A stretch of 64,000 bases of DNA, from positions 32,001 to 96,000 of the forward strand of contig CBDBMG010000003.1 of assembly GCA_965207375.1 (NCBI GenBank), given 5' to 3'. Origin of the DNA: Nitrosopumilaceae archaeon. Its GTDB lineage: Archaea > Thermoproteota > Nitrososphaeria > Nitrososphaerales > Nitrosopumilaceae. The stretch's first letter is position 1. Each line of letters begins with the position of its first letter. A program made the translations under genes and the position numbers. This document shows positions 16,068 through 31,789 of this stretch, piece by piece. The notes under the pieces are model-generated. The model did not search any database and was not told the DNA's origin. It was given only the letters and a program-made list of their open reading frames with translations.

Positions 16068-19000
16068 ATATTGTGAAATACGTATTTGATTGATGAATTA
16101 AAAGTCAACCCTAGAACTCCAATGGAGGTACGTATATACACACACATATGTCCATGTATGTTAATATAACAGAAATTTTAACATTCTATATACGTACTTA
16201 CGTATACGTACGTATATACATTTGTGTACATGCAGGGTGTAGGAGAACTACTTCATGTAGCATCAGCTAAAGGCCATTTGAACATAGTGAAGTATTTAAT
16301 AGAAGATTGCCATGTTGATCCAACTTGTGTTGGACAAGTACGTAAATGTGTGCTTGAAGCTTCGTAAACAATTCACTGTCCCTTTAATATATATACACAC
16401 CATCGCTATGGTTTTATTTGTTAAGGCTTCCAGTGGTAAATCACGTGGAGATGCTAGTGTTTTTATAGAATTTTATATTGTTTATAAAAAGGCTGTGCTA
16501 TGTTTACAAGAATGACCTTACATTGAAGGATGTTACCTTGCATGTTCATGCATGTTACAGCTGTATAATAAACAAAATAATAAAAAACAAGTTTAAAAAT
16601 ATCCAAATGTGTTCTCATCATTGTTGACTCAGCCTATGTCTTGTCCTCCGATCCTCTGTTCCAATAGTGGTAGCATACACATAAGGGATATATTTGTGAA
16701 TCTTACTATTGTTATTCAAATGCAAGAATGCAGGGTTTAACAATAACGGCACTAACCTGACACAATTTTAATGCCTCAGCAAGTGTTGAATTATGCATGT
16801 GGGAGGCCACAGGATACACCATACTAGTAATTGTAATGTACATACACACCAGTAAGATGAATTTGCTGGAACTAATCTACCACTGAAAACCACTCTCGAA
16901 CTCGCTCGAACGTATGCTACATCATAAGGTGAGGGCGCTTGTATGAGTATAGCTTTGATTATAGATTATGGAGCCAGTAAAATATGAAGTGTCAAATGGG
17001 ATTTGAATGGTGGTTAATTTACTGCAAGGGTGTTGCACCATATACACCATAGACCATAGAGTAAGTCACCACAGTGATGATTCACTCTATATGCAACACA
17101 GCCAAAGCTAATTGCCATGCCATGTCATGTTATCTATTATAATGTACATGACATGGCTATATTACAATCATCAAGTTTGGGACAGCATACATTGTTTCAG
17201 AAACATTGAAATGGATATGTCAGCTAAAAAGAATAAAGGAAGGCCAACCAAAAAAGAAAGATATGGACTGAGGAATCCATGGCCATAGGAATCCATGCCA
17301 ATTAATTGACTAGTTGTCATGCATATAGCGATAGGAATTTGCATTTAATATAGCTATCTAGCTATAGCTATCAATAGTATCTCTATTTCATTGTACATTC
17401 ATTGTTTATTATAAAGCTAAGGCTGTTATATTATTATAGAGACAGTTTTATTGTAGCTAAAGGCATCAAATATGTATTGTACAAAAAGCACCCTTGGCAA
17501 AATGTTTTTTAAAATCATTATATTTTGTGAAACGTTAAACAAAAAAAACAAAGGGAAACGTTAATAACAACTTAAACAAAGGTTTGATAGATGTTCTAAT
17601 GTAGCTACGTGGCTTCAATGCATGCATTCTCAACACTTTTCTTGTCAAAACAATATAATACTTATACTGGATGGCTGAATAATCCCTTTGGAACAAACAC
17701 AGTAGTCAGTCAACTTTATAACACTTCATTGGACTGGTTGCATGCATTATAAATTCATGTTGTGGTTTACAGTAATAGCGGTATATACATCAAACTGTGG
17801 TCACATTTTATTGTTCTACTAGAAGCCACACTTCAAAGGAATTGCTAGCACATAGCACGTATTTATACACTGTAAAAGAACAAAAAATTATTCACCTTGG
17901 CCTATCATGAAATTTAGGAACTCTTTTGCCTCTGATAGGGCCCAGCATTCCTTAAAGGTGGCGGTGGATAGCTGTGGATACCCACAACATACAATCTAGA
18001 TATGATGTTAACACACGTGCCGCAAATTGCACAGCCAACTTATCATTATAGTGACCACCACCTTTAAGGAATGATAGGAAAAATAGACACTGTTAAAATG
18101 CTTTACTCTTTATGGAGATTTCTCTGTGTGCTTTTACGTGTTATGGTATATGTTCTGTGTGTTGATGTAGTATTATACATTACGTGTGGCTACGTGTATA
18201 GCTACATAATCATAGGAGGCACAGAATGTGTCTTGAAGTGCATAAAACATTGCTAATTCAAAGATGGCTGACTTTCCATTTGGGCAAGTGAACAAAACAT
18301 GCTTTGGATACTCAAATAGTGTTATTTTACTGCCTATATTAGTTATGCCCTGACCCAGTGCTGATTCATCCTACTTTTGAAGCTTGGCACACTGGTCAAT
18401 CATGAGGTACCATTCAAGTGATAAATGCTACACTTATTAGTGGCCAATAACCACCACATTAATTTTAAAGTGGCCATATAAATTCCAGTATACTACATAT
18501 GCCTACTAGCTAAACAAACTGTGGTCATGTTTGTTTATTTGCTGTACATTTTTATTATGGAATGTACCATACTTCAAAGGAATTTGCTAGAATCAACACT
18601 ATTCAGGCAAAAAGCAGTAGTCAAGCCACATAGCTAACTACCTTACATGTATCTTTCATAGCTTAATTATTATTTGTACAATATTTATGAGTAGCTATTT
18701 GTTATTACAGAGTCTACCAGAGGAAGAGCATTAATAACAAAGATGTAGCTAGTTACCTGGGTTATATATAGCTAACACCAGATATTAAATTTAAAGCCGT
18801 ATCTCATGACTTACACATTATGTGAGATCCAAATATAATATTTAGGTTACTAGGGGCAATGGCTATGTTTGTTCATTACAGATATATATAGCCATGCACA
18901 AGTTTTTGGCTTGCCATAACTTGCATGCCAATGTTTAAATGTCCAAAACGCTTAGAGTGAATGTCTGTTGGGAACACCAATTATGCAAGGATACAACTTG

Positions 19001-21007
19001 AAATGTGTAAGTATTTGATTCTGCTAGTTCTCTTTTGTAGTATTTTGTACTCTGCTGCCTGGGGCTATTTAAAAGTAAATATGTTTTAATATCCCAATTG
19101 GGATATAGAATTGTTCTTTATGAAGTAGAGTATGGCTTAAAACTCTTTGAACATGGTGTTAAGCACTTGAAAACAGTACCACAAAATGTTTAGTAACTGT
19201 AGGTGAGGAGTGCACACAGGAATAAAATATGTGACTCTTCCTACTGAACAATTTGAAGATATCACAAAAATCTGCTTCAAATAGAAATTTTCTTGGATAA
19301 ATTTTTGAGTTAGTAATAATGGTTACTAGAGAGCAAAACATTTCTAGGATAAATATTTTTGAAATTCTGGAAACATCCACAAAATCCTCGCCCTACGGTA
19401 TACTATACACATCATACCATACATATGTGTATGCATGTATGTTAATGAACACATGCATATACATATATATCCTGCTCATGTAACTGTACATACATTGCCC
19501 ATGTAAATATGCATATGTGTATATACGTGTATGTGGTGAGCTAACAAATTAAAATGGCTCTCGTACTAAGGAAAAGCTGTGGTTTGATCATTGGTGTAGC
19601 TTACATTAATTGCTGCAAATTTAAGTTGCATGTACACACACATACATGTGTGCGCTATATATGTGCATATAATTATATTATATAGATACACCCACATGTA
19701 TAATATATCTCATGCATGATCATGATCTAGAACTGTTGTTACTTTAACAAAAAAATGTAACACACATAATACCGTAGGGCAAGTATATAATTTTCATGGA
19801 TAAATTTTTTGAGGATCAAACTGATAAGTGTTATATAACTAGTAGAGAGCAAAGTTTTAGAGTATAAATATTTTTAGGGTCCTATAAAATATCCACGAAA
19901 TCTTCAAAAAATTTTATCCTTGAAAATAAGTTGCCCTATGATACAGTAGTACAGTACAGCGCTATATATGTTGTATAACACATATACGAGAATACCGTTA
20001 TTATCCCACTGTGTATACTATACACTGAAATACTTTAATTAAACATATCTTTGTCTAACAAAAATACATGCATGCATACACATAATTATACATACATACG
20101 ATGATTATTATAAAAAAGTCAACTGTCACTTTGATCTATATGTCATGATACAATATATCATCTCATTCTCTTGTACTGATCATCAATGGTCTACATACAT
20201 AATACAGTAAACTCAGAGACAACATATAGGTTATATGTTACCTTGCTTCAGTGCAAATCATTGATATCCTGCCAACTCTTCCACTGGCTATATCACTGCT
20301 ACCTACAACAAATATTATTATGGTTATTGATGATAACACCATCTATCATGATTATTAAACAACAACTGCCATAACAACAACTGCATGGCAACAGTTGTCA
20401 TGACAACAATTACATGGCAACAGTTGTCATAACAGCTGCAGCAATTGTTATGACAACAAACACAAATGTCCAGGGCTAGTTTTACAGATCAATATGACTG
20501 ACCCAATCTGGAATAACAGTGACTATACATGGGCAGAATAAAGTTTTGTGATTGTCCATTAGTTCACATTCAAGTATAAAAATGCACAAGTAGAATGACT
20601 TTACTGAAGTTTACCCCACCAACATTATGTACGTGCTAAATTTTCATATTTGTACATAATAATTCGTAAATACTAGTTACTTGCATAGTACTCGAGCTCC
20701 CTAAGATGCATATGCATGCAATAATGCTGAAATGGCATTGTCATAGCCTATAAACTCATATTATGGATAGTATTTCAAGGATAGAAAGATGCATGGATAC
20801 AAGGAAAATTTTGTGCTGATAAGGCACATCCCCACAAAATACACAAAAGCATTTCTCAGTATAAAATTATGACCAACTATGATGACTACATATATGTATA
20901 CACAGATCCACACTGGCATATTTACACATACAAATAAACATAACAAACACACACAGCACACACATACGTATATACAAATGCATATGTGCCTGTGCGTGCA
21001 TGTGTGC

Positions 21008-21100
<93 letters not shown>

Positions 21101-21487
21101 TTTGCATCTATCTGTCTGTATTTGGAACTTTTGGGGTTGACCGTTACAATTCCAATTTACAAATACTGCAATTGAGTTAACCGTGATTCATGAATCCACA
21201 AAAATCTTCACCCTCAAAAAATTTAGACTACTGCGAAACTTTTCAGGTAAACCTTTCGAAGGAATGAAGAGCATATCACTGATATGCATCGGGTAATGTA
21301 CCCTATTGTTTCAGTACCGACTGGAGTAGTCTTGACAACAGCTACAGCGCAACAGTCCTGAGGATTATCATACATTTAATTTTTGCCAACTAATGGTGAT
21401 CAATTATATCCTTATAAATGTGAAAATCTCGGATGCAACTTTCCATCTCAAAAGTTCTCCATGCATCTACATATAAACGTGTGATTA

Positions 21488-21692
21488 CCGTACAGTGTAA
21501 AATTCTGGCGGGGGAAAATTTTGACGAATTGCCTCTCTTTGAAATATTGACGAGGAAAATATTGACGAATGCCCCAGTACAATGATATTCTAATTAATAA
21601 TTACTTGAAATTTGACGAGGAAAAGTTTGACAAATTAGCAAAATTCGTCAAATTCATCAAAATTTTCCCCGCATAAATTTTACGCTGTACGG
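21488..21692. mobile_element. Tc1/mariner-type MITE
   Basis: TA-CCGTACAG.GTAAAATT ... AATTTTACGCTGTACGG-TA; internal TTTGACGA motifs; degenerate relatives near 19150-19400, 19770-19940 and 37205-37695. Confidence 0.7.
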
Positions 21693-21938
21693 TAACACAT
21701 TAAACATTTCTATTTAATGCCTACCAGCAATGTGTACACGCATTTGCACACACACAAACACACACACAGGCATACGTACGTGCATCTATACACAAATGTA
21801 CGTGGATCAAAATGTGCAGATGCATACACCCAAGGACACACAGTATCACCAATGTGATCAATTATATGCATATACTATGTATCCACTGATACGTAAAGGT
21901 ATATTTGAATTCAACAAAACATTGCCTTATATGTAGGA

Positions 21939-22052
<114 letters not shown>

Positions 22053-23620
22053 CTTACCATTACTATTTAATAAGGGTCCAAGTAGTTGTGTGTATGTGCG
22101 TGTGTGCGTGTGCGTGTATGCATGTGTGTATATGTATGTGTGCATACATGTGTGTGTTTGTGTGTGCGCGCACGTGTGTATGTGTGTGGATGCATGTGTG
22201 CGTGTGTGTGAAGTTAAGTACATGCACACACTAGGGATAGAACAATACTCGATATATTAGTTTCAGAAACATTTACACTGCATAATTCACGATTATTGTG
22301 TAAAATTAAGACAGTTATCACAGTATTAAGAAACACTATCATTGAATAAAATGCTTTTTTATGATCAATATTGTCATACTACAACTATTATAATTATGAT
22401 TAAGTGTAATAATCGATGATTTTGTAAATTTAGAGCAATAAACTTTATGATAATCACAATATTCACGATAAGATTGTAGCCTTTTGTGGATGATATAAAA
22501 AATCCACAGTATACTATATATAGGCAAAGACAGATGAATACTACCTACTAAAAATATAAACCATGTGTACTGCCAATAAGCATGACTATCTTTCTACTCA
22601 AACAGTAATCAATATATTGCTTGCCTCTGACTAAATATCATTATAATAGTAATGGCAATAGGCAGGAAATAAAAGGTATACTAAATTTATTTTTAGCTGC
22701 ATTTTTAGCTGCATACAAACATATATTACCAAAGATGTTTTATAAATCTGTCCATTGTGGATAAGCACTTGAGGTATAAATTTACCTGCCTTAGATGTGG
22801 GGAAATAGCATTTTGCGTAATAGTTAAGGTTGTCAAATCTAGTCTCACATAGCCTGACTGTTTTTGTATGTATGGTGGCAGAAAAAAGGGTCTAGATCAG
22901 TTTACAGGCGTTTCTTGTTTTGACACCCCAAACAAGATTGTTGGGGGTGTTACATGATCAAAATCTTGGTTAATAGTTAAAATGTTATGTTACAGATTGT
23001 GCTGTTAGTCGCGCATCATGGATGTTTCAACTGTTGTAGGAAAGAATGGGCTGTAGAACACTTGTTGAAAAGCTCTGTTACTAGTGTTAGAAACAAATGA
23101 CATTGAATTCGATAATTCAGCAGAGCAGGTGGTAACTTTCACAAAACCTTTATCTGGACCATCATACTCTAGACATTCACCTTCGGACTTTGATTCACGC
23201 AAGCATTCATTCACGTACTGTCGATTTTAGATTGGTTGTCCACATTATGTAAATTATCATGTGCTGATTTAACATGTGTACATTTTAACCAATTTGATTT
23301 GCTATATTTCTCATGTGAGTATTTGTATTATATTAATCCAACTCGAAATTGACTGTATGAATGTTGGCACACCCACATTAATTTTCCGTGATACTGTTTG
23401 AGATAATATCCTGCAGATAGCCAAGGAAGCTCTGCCTACTCAATGAATTTAACATTCACATATATCTAAAATTATGTACCCTTGTAGGCATAGATCATAT
23501 ATAATTATGTCTATTCGCTTTTAAATACACCTGGGCACGTGCACTGGTGGCCATTTTATTCTTTAACTTTTAATATTTTAAAATAAGTTATGAAATACAC
23601 ATCACATAATATGTTTGTAC

Positions 23621-25450
23621 CTTGGTTTGTACGTATAACCCGAAATGCGAACCAGGTGGAAGTGAACGCTGGCCAGATCCTTTCATGATCCTGATTATGT
23701 ACACCAAGCAGCCAAAGCATAAGACGAACCTTGTTCCTTGTTGATCATCAGAGAAATCTCTTGATCCACAATGTGTGACACAAATCTGTAAAAATTAATA
23801 CATCATGCAAATAATTATGTACCAACATTCTGTGGTTCTCAGGTTCTCATACATATACTATTAATTATTTTAGCAAATGAAAATCCATACATAGCAACAG
23901 AAAGCAGATAATACTCAACCACATGACACATAGAGCCATCACTGATGTATGCATACCATAAACAGCAAAACTTTGAGTGGGGCAACAATCTGTAAGGCAG
24001 GAGCAAGTTTCTGAACGGTAACCAAGTGTTATAGCCAGTTGCCCTAATAATACTATTACTAAATAGTTGCGACATATTACATATACAAATCCCACGATTA
24101 TGATATGACATAAGTCTTAAGTGATTCACCCCAGACTTTTGTGCAAGGGAGTTCGCACTAATAAAGGATTTTAGATGCTTGGGGGGCAGGTAAGTCCAGA
24201 GGTTCAGTCCTCACTAGTGACATTGGGTTTTCCGGAAGTCTGGGCTTCCCTTGAGTCGGGAGAAAAAATACCTTAGAACAGGCTTTGCCTTCTGTACAGT
24301 CCTTTGGGGTCTCAGCTGCTTTTTATGGGGGCAAATGTCTCCCTAAGCGGCGTAGCTGGAGGGGGTTTCCGGCCTTGGACAACAAACATAAAATATAGTT
24401 TTTGAAATAAAAAAACATCTAGATATGTGTCTTCTATACATATAGGAAGTTACTCACTTTCACAGCCAATACTGTAGCGACATTTAATAGTTGTGCTTTA
24501 ATTAGATTATTATCACAATCGATTGTGGTATTTGATTACTTGCGAGGAAACAGCGGAAAGGCCTTCAAGCAACTATAGAGGTGCTTTTTCATAAATGGTC
24601 ATGTAAATTTGTTGTAAATATGGCCATCAGTCGCGAGTTTTCTCCGCACAGTCCACAGATTGCCGGCATATTGTCCCCACTTTTGAGCAAGCACTTATAA
24701 AGTCTCTGTTTAATACTGGTTTTATTTATTTAGCTGTTTATCATGCAGCAAATCACCATAACCAATTGCCATCAGATGCGTGATGCTGATACATTAGTCA
24801 CAGTCAAAAACTTACTGTATCAATATTAGATCTATCATGAACATGTAGTTGTAATTGTACTTAATTAGCTTTATGCCCAGGCGGGCTCTGCTAATCAATC
24901 TTACCTAACTATTATAGCTGTTCGTCTTATTTTCTTCACAATGAATCTGAGACATCAGCTGCCATGCAGCTACCAGATGTAGAACTGGATATTCAATTCA
25001 ACTCGAGGGGTCTGAGACTATCAACAAGATTTCAATTTTGGTGATTTGTGATTTGAATTCGTAATATATTTTGTATTTAAATGTATTTACTTTGTATTTC
25101 GAAATATGTTTTGATAGTGTAAATCGTTTGAAACCAAGACAAACCATTGACAAGATTTGAAATTGTGTACCCCTCTGTTCAACTTGTCTTTGCCTTCTTG
25201 CTGCTTGTACCCCCTGTAAATATAACCCTGGAATCCACTGCGTATAATTCAATAACCATATTGCATGTGCATTTTATTAGAGTATTTGATGATGAATGTT
25301 ATAATAGGACATATTCTAAAAGTATTTGGATGAGTCATTTTTTGTATATTTTTAATAGCACACACAAATGTGCAATACTGAAGTGATGTTTGAACAGGCA
25401 CAACCAATTCATCATAAGAAGAATGCCCAAGCACCTTGTAGATGGATACC
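23621..25450 (-). pseudogene. Decayed multi-exon coding remnant of unknown family, possibly EnSpm-associated
   Basis: AG/GT-bounded blocks at about 25090-25449, 24457-24830 and 23621-23786 give protein-like translations with in-frame stops (e.g. VLAQKWGQYAGNLWTVRRKLATDGHIYNKFT*PFMKKHLYSCLKAFPLFP). Confidence 0.4.
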
Positions 25451-25649
25451 TATTTTGTGAAAATTGCTGCTAAATGTGGCAGATATACCCATTGCTTTAT
25501 TTGTGCAGTACTGTGCTGGGTGCAAAAAATATCATACATAAGTTGCAGTCATATATAAATGTACACGGATGCATGCATGCACATACTGCAAGTGTTGTTA
25601 TAGGTGTTGGTTTATGGTATACATCTAATACAACGGTCACCTCAAAACA

Positions 25650-26500
25650 TTTCATTTCTAATACAGCAGTCACCCTAAAATTCTTTGAATAAATCGAGTT
25701 AGCAATATTGCATAATCGTTTACACTTTACACAAGCACCATAATAGGATGCATGCATAGTATCAGTACATATATAGCATGCATATACATACCATATAACT
25801 GGTATGTAATACATACCATTTTCTAATAGAGCAGTCACTTACGTAAATTGCATGTACTTAATGTTTACAATATTGCATAATCATCTATACATGCACCATA
25901 ATAGGATACATGCATAATATCAGTACATATTATAGGATGCATACATACCACATACTGGTATGTAATACATACCATTTTCTAATAGAGCAGTCACCTGAAA
26001 ATTCTTTAGATAAATTGCATGTACTTAATGTTAGCAATACTGCATAATCATCTATACATGCACCATAATAGGATACATGCATAATATCAGTACATATTAT
26101 AGGATGCATACATACCACATACTGGTATGTAATACATACCATTTTCTAATAGAGCAGTCACCTGAAAATTCTTTAGATAAATTGCATGTACTTAATGTTA
26201 GCAATACTGCATAATCATCTATACATGCACCATAATAGGATGCATGGATAATATCAGTACATATATAGCATGCATGGCATACCACATACTGGTATGTAAT
26301 ACATACCATTTTCTAATAGAGCAGTCATCTTAAGATTCTTTAAGTAAATTGCATGTACTTAAAGTTTGCAATACTGCATAACCATCTATATATGCACCAT
26401 AATAGGATGCATGCTTAATATCAGTACGTGTGTGGCAAGCATGGCATACCGTTTACTGGTATGAAATACATACCATATTACAGTCATCTCAAAATACTTG
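25650..26500. repeat. 167-bp tandem repeat, about 5 copies
   Basis: Unit containing GGTATGTAATACATACCATTTTCTAATAGAGCAGTCA recurs every 167 bp or so; ORFs 25930-26142 and 26097-26309 are near-identical. Confidence 0.9.
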
Positions 26501-26639
26501 AGTAAACTATATAAATTTTAAATTTAGAAATACTGTCTGATCATCTGCACATGCACTTTGTGCAGTATGATAGTTTTGCAAGGATATAAGTACACATTGC
26601 ATATATTAATATCAGTACATACCATATAATGGTATGCAT

Positions 26640-26747
26640 AACATTCCATTAGTGGTATGTTTACACAACATACCATTGGTATGAACCATCTGCGGTATGT
26701 ATTTCACTCCTTTTGGTATGATTTCCATACTTCATTTTTAACAGTGT
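26640..26747 (-). mobile_element. EnSpm/CACTA-like terminus
   Basis: Minus strand reads CACTGTTAAAAATGAAGTATGGAAATCATACC with repeated CATACC/GGTATG subterminal motifs; partner end not found. Confidence 0.45.
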
Positions 26748-28569
26748 ATTATTCGTTACGTAATATAGTTTCTATTTCGTTACATATTAGACTACTCGTT
26801 ACTTTGCTCGCTACATAATTTCATTACTTTGTTCGTTACTAGTAACGAACTAGGTATTTCCAAAAGTAACTTGAGTTATATTACTCAACTATAAAAAGTA
26901 ACGCGTTATATTACTCACTTTCCCAAATTGTAATAATTATTACGTAACGCGTTACATTAGGTAACGCGTTACCCCATCTCTGCTGGAGAAGGACACTCAC
27001 ATTGTATGTGAAAACACATGCATGCATCATCATGCCAACACTAGGGGGTCTGGGTGCCCTCCAGGAAATTTTGAAAACTTGCACTCTCAGATTAAATCTG
27101 AGAGCATTTTAGTGTTTAATTCACTTCCAAGCAGGCCTACGTACATATTAGTGCCCCAATTTTCATTGGCATTATATAGATTGCAAGCTAGCACTATGTA
27201 ACTACTAGCTAGTAGTTTTTCGTCACCGGATCACCTCTCTAGTACACCTGTAGACATGCAGTCACCACTGCTGATAGCACAGGTGAGAAAGCAGGCTTTG
27301 CAGCTGGTATTATCAATTGTAGTTAAGCCTGTACCATAACTCACTAGGTTGATTAAGCTCTTCTCCCAAGACAGGTAAATGATTTAAGTCGACCCAAGAG
27401 TCGATCGAGACATACCTAAATAACACATTATACTTGCGCAAAAATAAAGATCACGTGATACAGTTCGTTTACATGAAGATTCTGCTTGGTTCCTGGTTGG
27501 CATTGCAAGGAATTTCACAAAGGTGTATGATAGGTTCCTACAACAAACTTCTAGTCTCTAGAAACTCCAACCTCCGTGCGCAAACCATTAGACTACAATT
27601 GCATCGTAACACAACTATTTCCCTTCACATCTACAATCACTCTTGACAACCTGTTTTACTGTTTATCATTATTTACTCTTGATGGCCAAACGTCAATTAC
27701 CAAGAGGTGTCACGTGAGTGCAGGCACTTATACTAGCCCTGAGCTACAAAGCTAAATCCAGTAAATTATTGTAGAGTACAGAGGGCTGGAGCTATCAGTC
27801 AGGCCAGTCAGGAAAGTACCTGACCACTTCAGAAGCTATGCCACAATCAAAAAATTTACAAATGATTAATATTTCAATTGTATCATCACGGTTATTAATC
27901 TTTGTATTTATCTTTTGTATTTTACACACACTATCAGATCGCCATTGTGCAGGGCCTTATGAGCTCCAGTGCTTACTGTCACGCTTCACTTTCCCTTTGA
28001 ATAAACTCACCAGCTCAGTAAAGGATATAAGAAACATTCCTGTGAATGTTTTAGGTAAAGTTTACAACGCAGCACAAGCAACAGTACAATTAAGTTTCAA
28101 ACCCACAATTGACGAAATGGAAATTTTTATATACACGTACATACATCAAACGGGATTTTAGAATAGCGCTGCACCTGCTGTATGATTATTTGCCAATCGC
28201 TAATATGCTCAGCAAAGACACAGGTAATATCCACCAAATGAAAATTATAGTCACAATAACCACTGTTACTATGGATACATATTGGATGATTTCAAGCACA
28301 GACTAGAGTTGCATTATAACATTGTAACTGGTATCTGATTATAGCCTAGACAGCTGATATTTTGAGCCAATACTAATTATTACAAAGAATTTAACTTTAG
28401 ATAAGTAATATCAACAAGTTGACGTATTACCATCTAAAAACCAGGCCCTTTGTGTAAGTTAATCTACTGTTATTCAATGTATTATAATAGTTCTTCATGA
28501 CGTCACCAGTAAGTCACGTGAGCAGAGACTCATCACTAAGGAACACATAGCAACGCATGCGAATTTAAT

Positions 28570-29720
<1,151 letters not shown>

Positions 29721-29844
29721 CAGTAACCTTTATTTGTTCTGATAACAAGCACAATAACCAGTCAATGTAAACCTACTCTTACTGATTAATGTAATTATCA
29801 TCACAAAACTGCTGTTACTGATTATTGATAATTGATATAACTCA

Positions 29845-30039
<195 letters not shown>

Positions 30040-30545
30040 TCACCATAGTAACCAAGTGAACACTAACCAAGCACAACTCTTTCTGAAGATATTCCATGTT
30101 GTATTTCTTCATCAATAATTGAATGTACTACATTGACAAATAAGGTATGTAATACTACCAGGAATTATTAACTGCTGATACTACTATGCATACATACGTA
30201 TCAGTGTGACTATTGTATGACTACATATATATAACAACTGTACTATACTATAGTTAATAGTTATTAATGTACTATAGTTATTGACAAATAGCATATGTAT
30301 ACATACTAGTGTAATATACAACTATAAAGAGCAAATAAATATTGTAAATTAAATTTTGTTAATCTTAATAACTGTTCCTTTAATGCTACCAACAGACTAT
30401 GGTATGCATGATACGCTGCAATGTTGTAGCACTAGATACTGTCATTGAACTGTTTGACTACTCAGCTGTGATTCACATCGATTTTTCATTGGCTGAAACT
30501 CAGGGTGACAATTTAATTCAGCCAGCTGGCCATCCTATTGCCAAA

Positions 30546-31410
30546 GATAATCCAACCCTGTACAATGGATAATCCTGTACAATGGATAATCCCTGTACAA
30601 TGGATAATCCTGTACAATGGATAATCCCTGTACAATGGATAATCCTGTACAATGGATAATCCCTGTACAATGGATAATCCTGTACAATGGATAATCCTGT
30701 ACAATGGATAATCCTGTACAATGGATAATCCTGTACAATGGATAATCTCTGTACAATGGATAATCCTGTACAATGGATAATCCCTGTACAATGGATAATC
30801 CTGTACAATGGATAATCCTGTACAATGGATAATCCTGTACAATGGATAATCCTGTACAATGGATAATCCCTGTACAATGGATAATCCTGTACAATGGATA
30901 ATCCTGTACAATGGATAATCCCTGTACAATGGATAATCCTGTACAATGGATAATCCTGTACAATGGATAATCCTGTACAATGGATAATCCCTGTACAATG
31001 GATAATCCTGTACAATGGATAATCCTGTACAATGGATAATCTCTGTACAATGGATAATCCTGTACAATGGATAATCCCTGTACAATGGATAATCCTGTAC
31101 AATGGATAATCCTGTACAATGGATAATCCCTGTACAATGGATAATCCTGTACAATGGATAATCCTGTACAATGGATAATCCTGTACAATGGATAATCCCT
31201 GTACAATGGATAATCCTGTACAATGGATAATCTCTGTACAATGGATAATCCCTGTACAATGGATAATCCTGTACAATGGATAATCCCTGTACAATGGATA
31301 ATCCTGTACAATGGATAATCCCTGTACAATGGATAATCCCTGTACAATGGATAATCCCTGTACAATGGATAATCCTGTACTGTAACAATGGATAATCCTG
31401 TATAATGGAT
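30546..31410. repeat. 17/18-bp minisatellite CTGTACAATGGATAATC(C), roughly 48 copies, in LYPLA intron 5
   Basis: Directly visible near-perfect tandem array. Confidence 0.97.
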
Positions 31411-31583
31411 ATAATCGAGACATAGTCTGAATTGGTTATTGTTCAAATTGCTGAGTTTTGCATTGTTTCAGAAACCTTTGAAATGTTACATAATCACTGA
31501 GGGCGTAGTAGCCTGAGATGCAACGTAGAACCGTGGATTGCAATACATCGAACAGTTGTAATTTATTGCAATCATAAATGAAC

Positions 31584-31789
31584 TAGTCTCGTCCCCAGCT
31601 GGGCTCGCGCTAATAGCGCAAACATAGATGGCAATAAATCTACCATATCTGACGATATTCTAATATTTTAAGTGGATTATGTAACTCCTCGCATCTGATT
31701 GGGCAGCCAAAACCTTGGCTTCCGGAATCAAGAAAATTGACTAATGTTACCAGATGGTGTTAGCATGAGCCCAGCTGGGGACGAGACTA
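31584..31789. mobile_element. MITE with TAGTCTCGTCCCCAG termini (Academ-like?)
   Basis: 23-bp perfect TIR TAGTCTCGTCCCCAGCTGGGCTC / GAGCCCAGCTGGGGACGAGACTA. Confidence 0.75.

Larger units (their letters stand above)
12932..16337 (+). pseudogene. Ankyrin-repeat gene, disrupted (exons 12932-13027, 15791-16127, 16236-16337)
   Basis: Phase-0 GT-AG exons, one repeat each: MEKLFAALKTGSVEEVRKVFEETTVSPTACNE / DGKQPIHIAVREGLLHI..VKYLIDELKVNPRTPME / GVGELLHVASAKGHLNIVKYLIEDCHVDPTCVGQ. Exon 2 is split by a 227-bp MITE and a 4-nt insertion. Downstream exons not confidently found. Confidence 0.75.

Noticed and set aside
24170-24400. Possible tRNA-derived SINE (GGTTCAGTCC B-box-like)
   Set aside because: No clear A-box, cloverleaf, TSD or second copy in the window.
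27200-28350. Possible missing LYPLA 3' exons or another gene
   Set aside because: Translations show no GDxDPxVP or HSS-type motifs and nothing else recognisable.
30513-31446. Three ORFs of about 300 aa (IIHCTG/DYPLYR/LSIVQ repeats)
   Set aside because: By-product of a stop-free minisatellite in an intron; no non-repeat coding context.
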